DNA of 64,000 nt from Eledone cirrhosa (GCA_964016885.1 OZ024756.1:39122001-39186000), one strand, 5' to 3'. Positions 1 through 14,609 are shown, counted from the first letter of the stretch. Program-made: numbers and translations. Notes: a model not told the origin generated them from the letters alone.

Positions 1-390
1 GAGAGAGAGAGAGAGAGAGAGAGAGAATATAAAGTTGTTACTCTATACAATTACCATATGTAGCGTATCTCCTATAAAATTACCAACAGACAACAGAACT
101 GACAAGATTTGGGAATAGCTAGCTGGACCTCTCTCAAGTAAATAACGTCTTGTGTGTTTCTGATCAGTTAGATTACATCACTTAGATTACATTGCATCAT
201 TTAACTGCTAGTGTTCTTATAAAACAAATCATCAAGGGGGCGTTGTGTATATAGGTGTGGAGTACTGCAGCCCTTTCCTCTCTATATATATAATTTTACG
301 GCTCTGTTGAATTACATTGAGCTATACCTTTACTGTCATTTCTCTAATACGACGACTGTGTTTAACTCCAACACACTCTAGTATTTTAAT

Positions 391-432
<42 letters not shown>

Positions 433-559
433 TGTGTGTGTGCGTGTATGTGCGTGTGTGTGTATATAAGTTTATCCTGGGTTCAATCGGGGCCATGTCC
501 ATTACGAGCTGAGGTGAAACAATTGTTCTCGGTATGGTGAACTAACTGTTGTGTAACCA

Positions 560-590
<31 letters not shown>

Positions 591-595
<5 letters not shown>

Positions 596-713
596 AAGAG
601 AGTCAGGACCCCGACGGCTGAGCTCCGGCTGTTTCGACAGCTAGGTCCACCAAACAGTTCGGATCCAGCTGTCGAAACGGCCAGAGCTCAGCCGTCGGGG
701 TCCTGACTCTTTT

Positions 714-718
<5 letters not shown>
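591..718. repeat. Palindromic non-autonomous element in (TA)n; family also at 6240-6405, 14655-14847, 33741-33939
   Basis: Arms TAGGAAAAGAGTCAGGACCCCGACGGCTGAGCTC.. and ..GAGCTCAGCCGTCGGGGTCCTGACTCTTTTCCTA; each copy abuts TA repeats and has a different centre. Confidence 0.85.
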
Positions 719-760
<42 letters not shown>

Positions 761-895
761 TGTTATTTTGAGTACATACATCAAATACTACGAAAGTTAG
801 TAATTAGTAGTCTGCGTGTGTGTATGTCTGTGAGTGAGCGTGTGTGTGAGTGATCGTGTGTGTGAGTGTGTGTGTGTGTGTGTGAGTGTGTGTGT

Positions 896-932
<37 letters not shown>

Positions 933-1080
933 GGCTGTATAAGAAGTATTATACACCTACACAATACAAAGTTATTTTATGAATGACTTCATGGTTTCCA
1001 TGTACAAAGTTCACGTGCCATTCTCTTGTGTTGTTTTATCAGGGTGGGTGTGCACGTGCTCATTTGTATACGTCTATATG

Positions 1081-1131
<51 letters not shown>

Positions 1132-1311
1132 GTGTATGTGCGTGTGTGTTGGCATGCGTTTGTGTCTGATCATGTATGTGTGTGTGTGTGTGAGAGAGCA
1201 CGATTTTGTGTCTAATCATGTGTGTGTCTGTGTGTGTCTCTGTGTGTGTGTGTTAGCATGTGTTTGTGTCTTAACATGTACGTGTGTAAATATATATATA
1301 TATATGTGTGT

Positions 1312-1349
<38 letters not shown>

Positions 1350-2546
1350 TAGCATGTGCTTGTGTCTGAACATGTATATGTATATTGTATATATATGTAT
1401 GTGGGAGGGGGGGGGGGCATGTGGAAATAATTATTTAATGTTTTCTAATACTATTTCCCTTCTCAATGGAATTCATTAGATTCGTTTAATCTCATCTTTC
1501 GTTATTTATTCCGGTTTATTACAGAAGATATCAATAAAAACCACATTCACTACAACAACAACATTATACACGTACATTATTGAAGCCTGTGGAGCAGTAG
1601 TTAGTAAGGTACTCAATAATTAGAAGCCAGTCACATTGACTGCTAATGAGGAACTTAGATATACGGCAGTATTGGAATGGCGATATGATGTATAATATTT
1701 GTTTCTACTTTTTGGCACAAGGCCAGCAATTACCAAGGGCATTACTGGTACTTTATTTTATCGACCCGGTAAGGATGAAAGGCAAAGTCAACCTCAGCGG
1801 GATTTGAACTCAGATCGTAAAGGGACGTAACTGTGCTGGAAAGCATGGCATCCGACCCTCTACCGATACTGCCAATCCACCGCCATTATATGATATATAA
1901 TTGTTTCTACTTTTGGCACAAGGCCAGCAATTACCCAGTGTATTACTGGTACTTTATTTTATCGACCCCGTAAGGATGAAAGGCAAAGTTAACCTCGGCG
2001 GGATTTGAACTCAGAATGGCAAGGGCCGTAACTCTATGCGTCAAAGCATGGCGTCCGACCCTCTACCGATACTGCCAATCCACATTATTGGTAAATAATT
2101 TCTCCTGCATTAATATAGTAAATAGAATCGATTTAGTGACCGCATTCTTTCTGTCATTACCTAAAATTCATGACCGTAGGTAAGAGTTGGTATGAATACC
2201 AAGTGAGGAAATGTTGTAGTTAGAAGCATGTTTCAATTGTTTTGAGCGGCTAATCTATAACACCATTTCTAATAAAATGAAGAAATATGTTCCAGATTTT
2301 GTTTGATTCAGATAAAAATATCAATTTTTATAGAAGGTAGGGTATAGGCCTATTTTCTGCTATTGATTTTCTGGTAATTCTTCTCTCGGACTTTTGTAAT
2401 TTTCCCTTAGATGTTCCTTCCTACAAAATACCAAAATTTTTTTGTAGTTTTTAGTGCTGTAAAACCAAACAAATTTTCTCACGCAACTATAATAAAAAAT
2501 TTCTAAATTCTCAAAAATAGCTGAGTAGCTGCTCTGATAACTACAG

Positions 2547-2735
2547 GGCGGTGGATTGGCAGTATCGGTAGAGCGTCGGACGCCATGCTTTGACGCATAG
2601 AGTTACGGCCCTTGCCTTTCTGAGTTCAAATCCCGCCGAGGTTAACTTTGCCTTTCATCCTTACGGGGGTCGATAAAATAAAGTACCAGTAATACACTGG
2701 GTAATTGCTGGCCTTGTGCCAAAGGTAGAAACAAT
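2547..2735 (+). mobile_element. tRNA-derived SINE family A; more copies at about 1700-1885(-), 1900-2082(-), 8055-8185(-), 10188-10620, 16395-16570(-), 21340-21550(-), 29449-29833, 35685-35870(-), 47972-48160, 61570-61758
   Basis: A-box-like TGGCAGTATCGGTAGA, B-box GAGTTCAAATCC, conserved body GCCTTTCATCCTTACGGGGTCGATAAAATAAAGTACCAG. Confidence 0.88.
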
Positions 2736-3465
2736 TATTATTGTGAGTGTTTTATTTCTAAAGATATTTTATTCAGCATCTCTTCAATTCTCGTGTTTTG
2801 TTTTTTTTTTGTATCAATTTTCACCTTATGCAATGTTGCAATGTTTTTCATTTCGTGTTAACATTTTGCATTCCTGCATTCTCTATCAACATCTGATATA
2901 TAGAATATAAGTATTCTGAGCAAACAGTTTAGACAACACTGGAAGATAGTGTTATCAGTTCGTGTTGTATTTTAACACAAAGAGAAATTATGATAAACAA
3001 CACTTTACCAGGCAGTAACTAACAAATGAAAATCTCTTTAAAATTTTTGACATTCCAACAACACAAAGTTATCAATGTTTAGTATTATGTATAAGGCCGT
3101 GGATTGGCAATATCGGTAGAGCGACGGATTACATGCTTTGTGGCACACCAGTCACATCTTTTCATGCCAACAATGTTGTCCAAGGGAAAGGCAATGGCTG
3201 ATACAGCTTGGCACCAGTGACGTCATAACTCATATACACATTATATATATATTATACATACACTATGACCAGTATATATTTATATAAATATATATAAGAG
3301 ATATATTCGATATATATCTCATGAAATAATACAGCCAATTTTCCACACAATACAATTAGTTAGCACCCCGAACGTTTAATTAGGAATATACTCACTTATT
3401 TCCTAATGTTTGTTGAGTGAGTTGAAATTTGGCCGGAGTATCGCTAAAAGCTTTCTCCGATAATG

Positions 3466-3534
<69 letters not shown>

Positions 3535-3859
3535 TATATATGAAAAGTATAGAAATTATTGAAGCAAGAAGCCAACAGTATTCCATAATATATAAGTGAC
3601 TATAGAGTCAAAATGGAAAAATAGTTAACGTAAGATGTGGGAAAATAATTCAAACTCAATTCAAAAAGAATCAGGATATAGATTCATCCACAGAATTTGG
3701 TGAAATCCAGGGAAAAATCAATAGAGCCTTAACTCAGAATAAAATAAAATTTAAAATACTCATCCTTCAATTTGGAAAAAACTACGATGCTCTGTATAGT
3801 CGTATAGTCTTAAAGACTATTTCACGAAACTTTATATATATATATATATATACACACAC

Positions 3860-4010
<151 letters not shown>

Positions 4011-4510
4011 GGTATGTATGTATATATATATACATATATATATACATATATATATATATATACATATATATATACTATATATGATGTTGTCCAAGGGAAA
4101 GGTAAAAGCTGATACAGCTTGGCACCAGTGACGTCACAACTCATTTCTACAGCTGAGTGAACTGGAGCAACGTAAAATATGATCAAAATGTCTTGCTCAA
4201 GAACACAATGCAAAGCCTGGTCCAAGAATCGAACCCACAGCCTCACGATTATTAAAGAGGTTGTTTGGCAGACGGAAAAGATTTACAGCATTGAGGAGAG
4301 TCCCTCTCCTCTTCAACCGAGCCCTAATTAGTTTCTTCCATCACAAAGTTGAGCAGAATATGAGTAGGGAGGGAAAGAAAGGGATGTAGCCTTCATGTAA
4401 AGTTTTTGAAAGGTAGGCGAAAATGGCTTGAGTCAATTTGTTTGTTCTCCTAAACATTCTCTTGTAGACCAAGGAAGGATTGTTGATGTTGTTGTTGTTA
4501 GTAGTAGTAA

Positions 4511-4542
<32 letters not shown>

Positions 4543-4652
4543 ATTGTAGTAGTAGTAGTAGTAGTTTTATAAAGTTTTAAAGATAAAGAAGAAATATTGA
4601 GATAGTGATTAGCATCTGGACTTCATTTTAAAGAGAAACTTTTACACACACC

Positions 4653-4686
<34 letters not shown>

Positions 4687-4713
4687 ATATAATATATTAT
4701 ATATATAACATAT

Positions 4714-4862
<149 letters not shown>

Positions 4863-4896
4863 GTTTTATTAATTTTTATTTTATTATTTCATTAGC

Positions 4897-4952
<56 letters not shown>

Positions 4953-5702
4953 ATGCTAATGAAATAATAAAATAAAAATTAGTAAAACGAACGACTTTGA
5001 TGGTGAAGGAGAAGTATGACGTCAAAGCTTATTTGGAAATTTTCCAAATTGTTCGCCAAACGTAACTTCTTTATAATGATTAAAGATGTAAAAGACATAT
5101 TGTTCCATTGTATTGGCTTCACTACTTATATCATGCTAATTATTACATAGAGTCAAACGTCTCTACTATCTTCTTTCTCTCTCTGTTTTATAATTTAGCT
5201 TAAGTGAATAGGATTTGTTTTATTTATGGAAAAGTTTACAGTTGAATAACGTCAAGAGAAGTGTTATGATATTATGATCAAGGAAAATAATGGTTTTAAT
5301 AAACGATATTGAAGAAGAATTATACTGAAATTTTGCGACTGAAGTGACTTACTTTAAACACCATCCCCCCTCTATCTCTCTATCTATCTATCTCTATATC
5401 TCTCTCTATATATATATATACTATAAAGTATGTCCAAAGAATCATATAAGATATATACAGCATTTCCTCTCCCAATCAACATAATCAACCACACAAAAAA
5501 CCAATTAAACCAGGCTATAAGATTAAAAGGCATCTATGAAGAAATAATAGATAAATAAACGACAGCCATCTATTCGCGATCAACAGCTATAGAATATTTA
5601 CCCAGCATTTCAATAGCACGTGGAAATCGATTAAATATATCGTCAACCACACACAATTAGGTATAAAATTAGAGCTAGAAGAAAAAATGTATATAAACAT
5701 AC

Positions 5703-5794
<92 letters not shown>

Positions 5795-5848
5795 TTTTTT
5801 CCAATGCCAATCCGCCCGTCCCCTCAATCTCTCTTATTTCTTATTCTT

Positions 5849-5884
5849 TCTTCTGATGAAAGACTAGCGTCCGAAACGTTAAGA
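5849..5884 (+). ncRNA. Minimal type I hammerhead ribozyme motif (Penelope-type)
   Basis: TCTT / CTGATGA (5853-5859) / stem II GAC-tagc-GTC / GAAA (5873-5876) / palindromic ACGT stem III / T / AAGA pairing with TCTT. Base of stem II is mismatched. Confidence 0.65.
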
Positions 5885-5965
5885 CCCTCTTCCTGCTATA
5901 TCAAGCGTTAACCTATTATATCCCTTCCATATACTGTAACGATTGTGTTGTTATTTCTGTTTACC

Positions 5966-6035
<70 letters not shown>

Positions 6036-6036
<1 letters not shown>

Positions 6037-6086
6037 GATTCCTGATGATTTCTAATGAATGAAACAGTTCTAGTCCTGTAGAATCT
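6036..6086 (+). ncRNA. Type I hammerhead ribozyme motif inside a (TA)n tract
   Basis: Stem I AGATTC/GAATCT, CTGATGA 6042-6048, stem II TTC-taat-GAA, GAAA 6061-6064, stem III ACAG/CTGT, cleavage triplet GTA 6078-6080. Confidence 0.82.
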
Positions 6087-6088
6087 CA

Positions 6089-6241
<153 letters not shown>

Positions 6242-6450
6242 AAGAAAGTGTGATAAGAAACCAGGTGGACCATAACGCACCAGAGTACTCAATACTTAGA
6301 GTAGTAGAGTGGGTAATAGGAAAAGAGTCAGGACCCTGATGGCTGAGCTCCGTAGCTGTCGAAACGGCCGGAGCTCAGCCGTCGGGATGCTGACTCTTTT
6401 CCTATATATATCAATGATATTAACAAATCGAAACTATATTTATAAAACCA

Positions 6451-6516
6451 CATCCATTCCATTATATATACCCCAAGGGCACCAAAATCCTGGCACGCTC
6501 TCATCAGACAAAATAC
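6451..6516 (-). pseudogene. Inactivated hammerhead copy carrying clustered A-to-G changes (sibling of 34014-34076)
   Basis: CTGATGA retained, GAAA replaced by GGGG; aligns to 34010-34076 with 13 A>G differences on the minus strand. Confidence 0.8.
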
Positions 6517-7449
6517 AAAATTTGTTTTCTAAATGGTCACATACCCAAGAAACCAGACCCTATCGGTTCAGATTCAGCCTGGACAGTGAAAGAAAAACTC
6601 CAAATCCCCAGGATGAATATGTAAATGAGGTTGAAACATAAGGCCGAAAAAAGATCGCCACACCCAGACGCTAGGTAAATCCAAACAACTATTAGGAGAA
6701 TTTATAAAAGGCAAAAAGAGAGGCTAACATTAATGCTATGGTGTAAGAAAATTTAAGGAATGATTATAATAAAAAAATTATAGCTATAAATACACCATCA
6801 CCATCAAGATGGATTACATCAGTGATGGTGCAAAGAGAGTGATATAATTATATTTAATTATTTAATTATATAATCATATATTTCGGTAGTATCTACAAAA
6901 CAACATGAGAGTTAAGAATGTGCTGAAGTGGCAAAACACCAATTTAAAAAAAAAAGAAAAATTGAGATATACAACAAATCACGTGATCTATTCAAATCAT
7001 GAGTTAAAATATATAGACAATATCTACAAGCACACTTTAAGGTTGTGAGTATATTTTAGTCCATTATATTACAACGGGTTATTTATACAAGTATAAACAC
7101 TCCTGGTGAGCACACATGTTGTTATTTTCACTAGATAGATAAATTAAATGTTAAGGGTTTCGAAGAATTCTGTGTTCACACCCTCAATATATAGCTAAGA
7201 AAAGGACGTAGTTATAAATTTTATTTGAGATTATTTTTTACATTCAGATATACATATACATATACATATATATATATATATTAAAATATAAATATTAATA
7301 AAATAGATGTTCTTTTGATCAAAAGAACATCTATTTTATTAATATTTATATTTTAATATTAATAACTCCGGAAAATTATTTCTGGTAGAGTGCTTCCAAT
7401 CTACTGTAAAACTCATTCTTTGACATAATCATTGAATATCGTTTAACAC

Positions 7450-7494
<45 letters not shown>

Positions 7495-7842
7495 TATATA
7501 TATACTGCCAAGTGGTTATACGCAGTTGTGTTTGGAACAGTATGTGTGGTCAAATCTTCACATTTAGATCTAATGTTTACGAAATTGGATTAAAGTTTTC
7601 GATTTCCAATAAGAAAATAACTAAGAAAATTTCGAGAGATGATAGAACATTCATTAAACTTTCTCAGTCGATACAATTACCTATTATTCAATTCTGATTA
7701 TATATGTGTTATAGTTCTAATACGTGTGGATGTTTTGCTGGAGAAATTAAAGACAGTTTTAATATTTACATATTACTAGAACACATATGACAATGTGAAC
7801 ATATAAAGATATAATTATTTCACAGAAATAACTACTTTATAT

Positions 7843-8038
7843 TAGAAATAAACACAGTAAATTGTGTGTCTAAAATTACGAGGGTTGAAATACGACGTTG
7901 GTTTGATAAATTTAACCTGAAGCAAACGGTTGTATATATATTCCATATCTTCTGTTTGCTTCAGGTTAAATTTATCAAACCAACGTCGTATTTCAACCCT
8001 CGTAATTTTAGACACACAATTTACTGTGTTTATTTCTA
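7843..8038. repeat. Inverted repeat with about 85-bp arms
   Basis: TAGAAATAAACACAGTAAATTG...CCTGAAGCAAAC mirrored by GTTTGCTTCAGG...TTTACTGTGTTTATTTCTA. Confidence 0.85.
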
Positions 8039-8699
8039 CATATATTATTATATAATTGTTTCTACTTTAGGCACAAGGCCAGCAATTATTCAGTACATTA
8101 CTGGTACTTTATCTTATCGACCCCGTAAGGATGGAAGGCAAAGTTAACCTCGACGGGATTTCAACTACGAACGTAAAGGGACGTATTATTTAGTTTCTAG
8201 CGAAGGCGTGTGGCTGATTGGTTAGAGAATTGGATTCGCAATCGTAAGGTTATCAGTTCGATTCCTGGACCGGACGATGCGTTATGTCCTTGAGCAAGAC
8301 ACTTTATTTCACGTTGCTCTTTCTACCTGGAGTTGCGACCACTAGATAGTATTAGTAATTGGAAAGACCAATGGAAACATCGTTTCCTCGGTCCGATTTA
8401 ACGAAAGTCGATCGACAAATTTTTTTTTTTAGTTTTTAAATATTAATTATGTAGTTACATTTTTGTTTCGTTCGTTTTTTTTAAATTTCATTTGATGTTG
8501 TTGTAGTTGTAGTTGTTGCTGTTGTTGTTGCTGTTGTTGTTGCTGTTGTTGTTTTTGATGTTGTTGTTTTTAAATAAATCGGTTGAAGAAAAAGAATTTA
8601 GAAAGAAAACCGAATTGAATTCATTAAAAAAATCAATGATGGATGCCATGAGATGCACATTTGTAAGTAGCCATGGAAATCTGAGATTTATAACAACAA

Positions 8700-9331
8700 C
8701 AGTAGTACCACTACCACCGCCACCACCATCCTATCACCACCACTACCACCACCACTACCACCACCACAACCATCACTACTACCACCACCACCACCACTAC
8801 CACCACTACCACTACCACCAGCACTAGCACCACCGCCGCCACCACCACCACCACCACTACCACTACCACCACCACCACCACTACCACTACCACCACCACC
8901 AGCAGCAGCAGCAGCACCACCACCACCACCGCCACTACCACCCCCACTACCATCCTACCACCACCACTACCACCACCACTACCACCACCACTAGCACCAC
9001 CACCACTACCACCACCACTACCACTACCACCAGCACCCTCACCACCACCACCACCACCACCACCACCAGTAACAACAACAACAACACCAGCAGAAACATA
9101 GAACCAATTTAAAATTACCATTAAACTCCTGTTCTTAACTCATCACCAGTTTTTCAATTACACTTGAAAATATTTAAAGGCTAAGAACCGTAAAAACGGA
9201 AGAATTGTTCTAAGTAGCGTGGACACCAATCACGTGACTATTACTACTACTGCTGCTACTACTACTACTACTACTGCTGCTGCTGCTACTACTACTAGTA
9301 CTACTACTGCTGCTGCTGCTACTACTACTAT

Positions 9332-9376
<45 letters not shown>

Positions 9377-9436
9377 AGCTGCTGCTGCTGCTACTACTAC
9401 TATTACTAATACTGCTACTACTACTGTTACTGCTAC

Positions 9437-9474
<38 letters not shown>

Positions 9475-9538
9475 CTACTACTACTACTATTATTATTACT
9501 ACTACTGCTGCTGCTGCTGCTCCTACCACCATCACCAG

Positions 9539-9582
<44 letters not shown>

Positions 9583-9756
9583 GTACTACTACTACTACTA
9601 TTACTACTACTACTACTACTATTACCACCACCACCAGCACTACTACTACTACTACTACTATTACCACCACCACTACTACTACTACTATTACCACCACCAC
9701 TACTACCACTACTACTACTCCAAGTAACAATGACTAACAACAACAACAACAACAAC
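8700..9756. repeat. Trinucleotide low-complexity tracts (CAC/CTA/CTG/CAA)
   Basis: Direct inspection; source of the poly-T/S/L/V/G ORFs. Confidence 0.9.
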
Positions 9757-9936
9757 GTAGCTATAGTTTCAGCTAGTTTGCCCTTAGAGATGGCCAGATT
9801 TTCTTTAATCGATGTTAAATCATTAAAAATGGCTGACATTTCAAAGTAAGATTGCTATGTTATATTATTTCCAATAAAATGTATCTGTTAGTCAGATTCA
9901 GCAGTTGATTAGACACATTAAATATGGCCTTGAAGA

Positions 9937-10108
9937 AATGTCATTGGTTATATATCGATGTTGATAACAGCCTACTCAATGTCATTGGTTATATATCGAT
10001 GTTGATAACAGCCTACTCAATGTCATTGGTTATATATCGATGTTGATAACAGCCTACTCAATGTCATTGGTTATATATCGATGTTGATAACAGCCTACTC
10101 AATGTCAT
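9937..10108. repeat. 41-bp minisatellite, 4 copies
   Basis: AATGTCATTGGTTATATATCGATGTTGATAACAGCCTACTC repeated exactly. Confidence 0.92.
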
Positions 10109-12929
10109 CACATGATTCATTAACTTTAAACTTTACAGGTATTCAACTAATCTTAATTAGACCACACAGTTGAAAGGGTTCGTTGTAGGGCGGTGGATTG
10201 ACAGACCCGGTAGAGTGTCGGATAATATGCTTTGTGGCATAGAGTTATGTACGGCCCTTTACGTTCTGAGTTCAAATCCCGCCGTGGTTAGCTTTGCCTT
10301 TCATCCCAGTAATACACTGGGATAATTGCTGGCCTTGTGCCAAAAGTACCAGTAATACACTGGGATAATTGCTGGCCTTGTGCCAAAAGTAGAAACAATT
10401 ATTAATTCTATAAGTCTGGTGGATTGGCAGTATTGGTAGGGTGTCGGATAATATGCTTTGTGGCATAGAGTTATGTACGACCCTTTACGGTCTGAGTTTA
10501 AATCCCGCCGAGGTTAACTTTGCCTTACATCCTTACGGGGTCGATAAAATAAAGTACCAGTAATGTACTGTGGGGGGGGGGGGGGGGGGGTCGATATAAT
10601 CGACTTTCCCTTCTCCCCCAATGTGACTGATCCGGTATATTCTTCTTTGTTTCTTCTAAACGATCCCATTGCCGCTATTGCTTTTTTTTTAGCCGATCTA
10701 GTTAACCTATGACCAATATCATTCCACCCGTGTCTCTCTCGTCTTTTTCTACGACTACATTACTCAAAATTCCTTTGGCTTTCGACCACATTGGTAACTA
10801 TTGATTTATTTATCACAGTGTACTTACTTCTGTTGGTCGGAGTTAGATTCCTAATACCCAATATCATTGTTTCTTTAACCATTTAACCACTTGGCATCTG
10901 GGATACTTGTTTTGTCCATTCGGTTATTCAACTGGGCAGCAATGTTGTTGATTGGGAGAACAATTACTTTTATAAATAAACTAATATAACTATGCTTCCA
11001 AACAGTTTAACATGTTTCTTCTATAGTACTTCATAGGTAAACATTATATTGAATCTGGTAAACAAAAGGTAGTGTAAGATGGTAAGAACGAAAGTATCAG
11101 ATGGTGCAGATAAATAATGATTATTATAAAATATAAGAAAGCAACCATCAATTTGTAAAGTGTACTTTCACTGTCAGGAATCATTTCAATAAATTAAGAT
11201 CCGCGTAAACTTTCAGAAAGAAAATGTTCAACTAAACTAAAAGTGTTTTCACGAATCAAAGAAACTGTTAATATAAATATAAATTATTCATAAGCAGCCT
11301 CTACTTGTTGATATACGAGTTATGTGGGACCGTATGTCTAACTTCTTCGGAAATACTTAATTCTGGTGCAAATATCGCTAGCTTGTCTTTGTGAAATGTT
11401 TTTTGCTTGTAATAGCAATTTTTGTACATGTACATATTAGTTTTAAGAGTGTGTAGTGTGAATAACTCAAGATGAATAACAATTTAAATTGGTCTATTAA
11501 CTCTCTAAAAGTTTCACTGACAAACTATCAGTTTTACAAAGGTATTCTTAACTACAATAGTGAGCATTAATTATAGTATCTCGTAAAAATAGTCAACTAT
11601 TTTTATTGATGTTACAACACCATTATTTACATGAAAGTTATCTCACCTTCATCCAACTCCATATATAAAAATTGGAATGAAGGATTTTTTTTTCTGATGG
11701 TTGTTATTCTTTAATGATAAATTTGTTTTACAGATTGAAGTTTTTATGTGTAGCCCAAAATAGGGAGATTGGACATTTGCTTAAATTCTTATAAGCAGGG
11801 GGAGGGGATAAACGGTGGAGGGAATCGGTAATTGTATAGTGTACGTTCGTAAATATAAGATTTCTTACAATGTACTGGGGTTTTTTTTGTCATATATAAT
11901 GTGTTTTTTTTTTAATGTAAAATAAAATTATTATTAGATTCTCCAGCTGCTGTATCGATATGAATCACTTACAATAAAATTTCGCTTGAGATAGATTAGC
12001 AAAATTTAATAAGCGGAAGTGTAAGGTGCGGAATAAAACTGGTGTGTGTGTGTAGGGGGGGGGGTATTCAAGACCTGAGCTTGGCTGGTCACGTTTGGAG
12101 GTCCAGCCGGGCCAGTTAGAGACGGTTTCTTCTGACAGGACTCGCTGGAAAGAGTGTTTGGGGTCTCTACCAATAAACACTGATTGCCAGCTAAATTATT
12201 TATAGAAATATAAAAAATATACTGAAGCGGAAACCAAACTAAACAGTGAGTGTATTTTACTATTTTTTTGGCAATATTAGGACAACATGACCCGTTCCAA
12301 ATATAAAAATAGAAATAAAATTTTAAGCAAAAACATAAAATCAAAAACTATTTGGCATTTCCAAAGACTTTTTAGCGGACACTGTAGATTGTGAACAAGT
12401 TTACTTTTGCACTTGTGAAATTGTGTTAAAAATTTATAAAAGAAACCATTGTTTATATTATTCATTAGAAATGTGATGACTTAGTTTAGTATTTAGCTAA
12501 GTTATACATCACTTTATTTAACTTTATAATCCATCTAATTATTCCTTGCTTCTTCGTGCAACTATTTCGTGCTTTCGACACATTTAGAGTCAATGTTTAC
12601 GAAATTCGATACAGTGTTCGCTTTCCAATAAAAACCAAAAAGATTATAAGACATGATACATGTTTCATTAAAATTTCTAGTCCGTGTAATTACCTATTAT
12701 TTCATTCTGATTATATATCACAGTTCTAACGTTTGTAGATTCTTTGTTTACGAGATTGAATAGTTTCAGTTTTCGTATATTTTTTTTTAATATATCGTGT
12801 ATCAGAAGTTGATAGTTGATTCGTTCTGTTCGTTCTTTAACTGTGTAAATAGATAAATATATATATCATTGCCACCCCAAGTAATCCATAATTCAAATAA
12901 ATATTTCTTGTATACTTATGCTGTACAAG

Positions 12930-13545
12930 AACGTCTCCTCCAAAACGTCGTTGTTTTTTCTCCGTCACTAATCTTCTATAGAACGTCAAAGTGAATTTCC
13001 CACCGAAAAGCTGAAGATGTCGCATCATGAACCACGGCATGCCTTCTAGCCCAACGCAATGAGTGTTAACAGAAGATTGACAGTTTGACCTTTGGAATGC
13101 GTCCCTTCTACGCAACAAAACCAAAGAGCAGACGCTTCAGTGTGGTCAGACGGGGACTAGGAAAAGGCACAATGGTTTGGTGGTACAAGATGACGAGGGC
13201 GATATACGCATTGGCTACGTTCACCCGACCATTCCGAGATGGTTTCCTCTCAGTCCATTTCTGGGTTAGAGTCACCAGCCTGCTCATTACTTCGTCCTAG
13301 TTCTTGCCCCTCTGGAAATCTGGACTGAACCAGAGCCCGAGCAACTCAATCGGCTCGTCGGTACAGCGCTCACCAACGTTGTCGGGCGGTATGGACTTGA
13401 CTCTCCCGATAATGAGCCACAGGCCCACCGACTTTTTTCAGGTTAACCTTTGCTTCCTTCCGTCACGGCCTCGTACTACGTTAGAGCAGTGCTGATCACC
13501 TCAATGTGCTTGGTCATCGACACCACCACGGTGCCATCACCGTCA
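12930..13545 (-). mobile_element. Decayed L1/Tx1-like LINE reverse transcriptase fragment
   Basis: GC-richer block; minus-strand pieces resembling AKVNLKK..VGLWL and DEPIELLGLWF match the post-catalytic RT region of Tx1/L1 elements; frameshifts and stops present. Confidence 0.55.
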
Positions 13546-14609
13546 TGTCCCATGGTTAGTTTTAGAGACAATAACCTTGTGATTGCTGCTATTTTTAGCA
13601 GATCGAAAGATCGAGTGATCACGTAGAGGCGTTATCGTTGGTTCTTTGAAAGTTGTTTACTTAACACCTAGTTAACCCTGACTGAAGAAACCCAAAATGA
13701 AAAGCATTCAAGCCATAACCATCTAGTGGGGGGTTTTAAGGTTATATAAGACTACATTATCTAATGTATTCTTTCTCTTAGCAGAGTGTGATTTGAAGGA
13801 TATTGCCTGATATTTCTGACAGGTAAAGCGATTAGGTTGTGATGGTGATTGTATTTAGTACAGGTGAATAATATCTCACCTGTCAAGATTAAAGCTGCTA
13901 AAGTTATTATCGCAAGTAATGATATCGGTACAAAAACAGAACATAGAATAAAAACAATGGTGAAATGTTACTTGATAGCATACAGAAGAAACTAACAAGA
14001 TGGCCATTAGATTAGATTCAAGCCGGCTACTGCGTTGTCGATGTACGTTAACTAATATATATGTATTTAGTTGATAACATCGACATATTAATTATTAGCC
14101 ATTTTACTGTCATGGAGGCTTCCTTCTTAATTGTAACACGTCGATATCTGAAACAGACGGAACGTGTTAAAATGGCTGCCACCCAACAAGTGGAGATTTA
14201 TAATATTAACATCATATTATCAACAACAAACACGTTTTTTAAATATACGTATATATATATAAATATATATACACGATCAGATGGAAGAAAATGATTTTGA
14301 AAAAAAAAAATTTTCTTTTCATTCCTTCATATTTCAACATAATTGAAAATTAGCTGAAAAATCCACAGATTTCTTGGTATATATATTTATTAAAATATCA
14401 GATTAAAGTTTAAGCAAAGAATCGCTGGTTTCACCCTTAACGGAATCTTCCGAAACTCAGAAGATCCCGTTAAGGGTGAAAGCAGCGATTCTATGCTTAA
14501 ACTTGAATCTGTTATTTTAATAAATAATTGCTCTATGGTTCTTATATATTTAATATATATTTATCTTTATCAAGCCCTCTTTGGATTTAGTCTTCACATT
14601 TATTATTAT

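Noticed and set aside
2547-2640. tRNA genes at SINE heads
   Set aside because: A/B boxes present but no full cloverleaf, and each continues into a SINE body.
3590-3830. Possible Penelope linker or endonuclease remnants (also 5420-5700)
   Set aside because: Only vague resemblance ([18 protein letters not shown]; KLELEEKMYIN) with stops; needs a profile search.
8513-9849. Poly-Thr/Ser/Leu/Gly ORFs resembling mucins, with GTAAG donor-like sites near 8663 and 9845
   Set aside because: Pure trinucleotide repeats open in several frames on both strands; no partner exons found.
10780-11700. Possible decayed exons in unique AT-rich sequence
   Set aside because: The frames checked close quickly and no protein family is recognisable.
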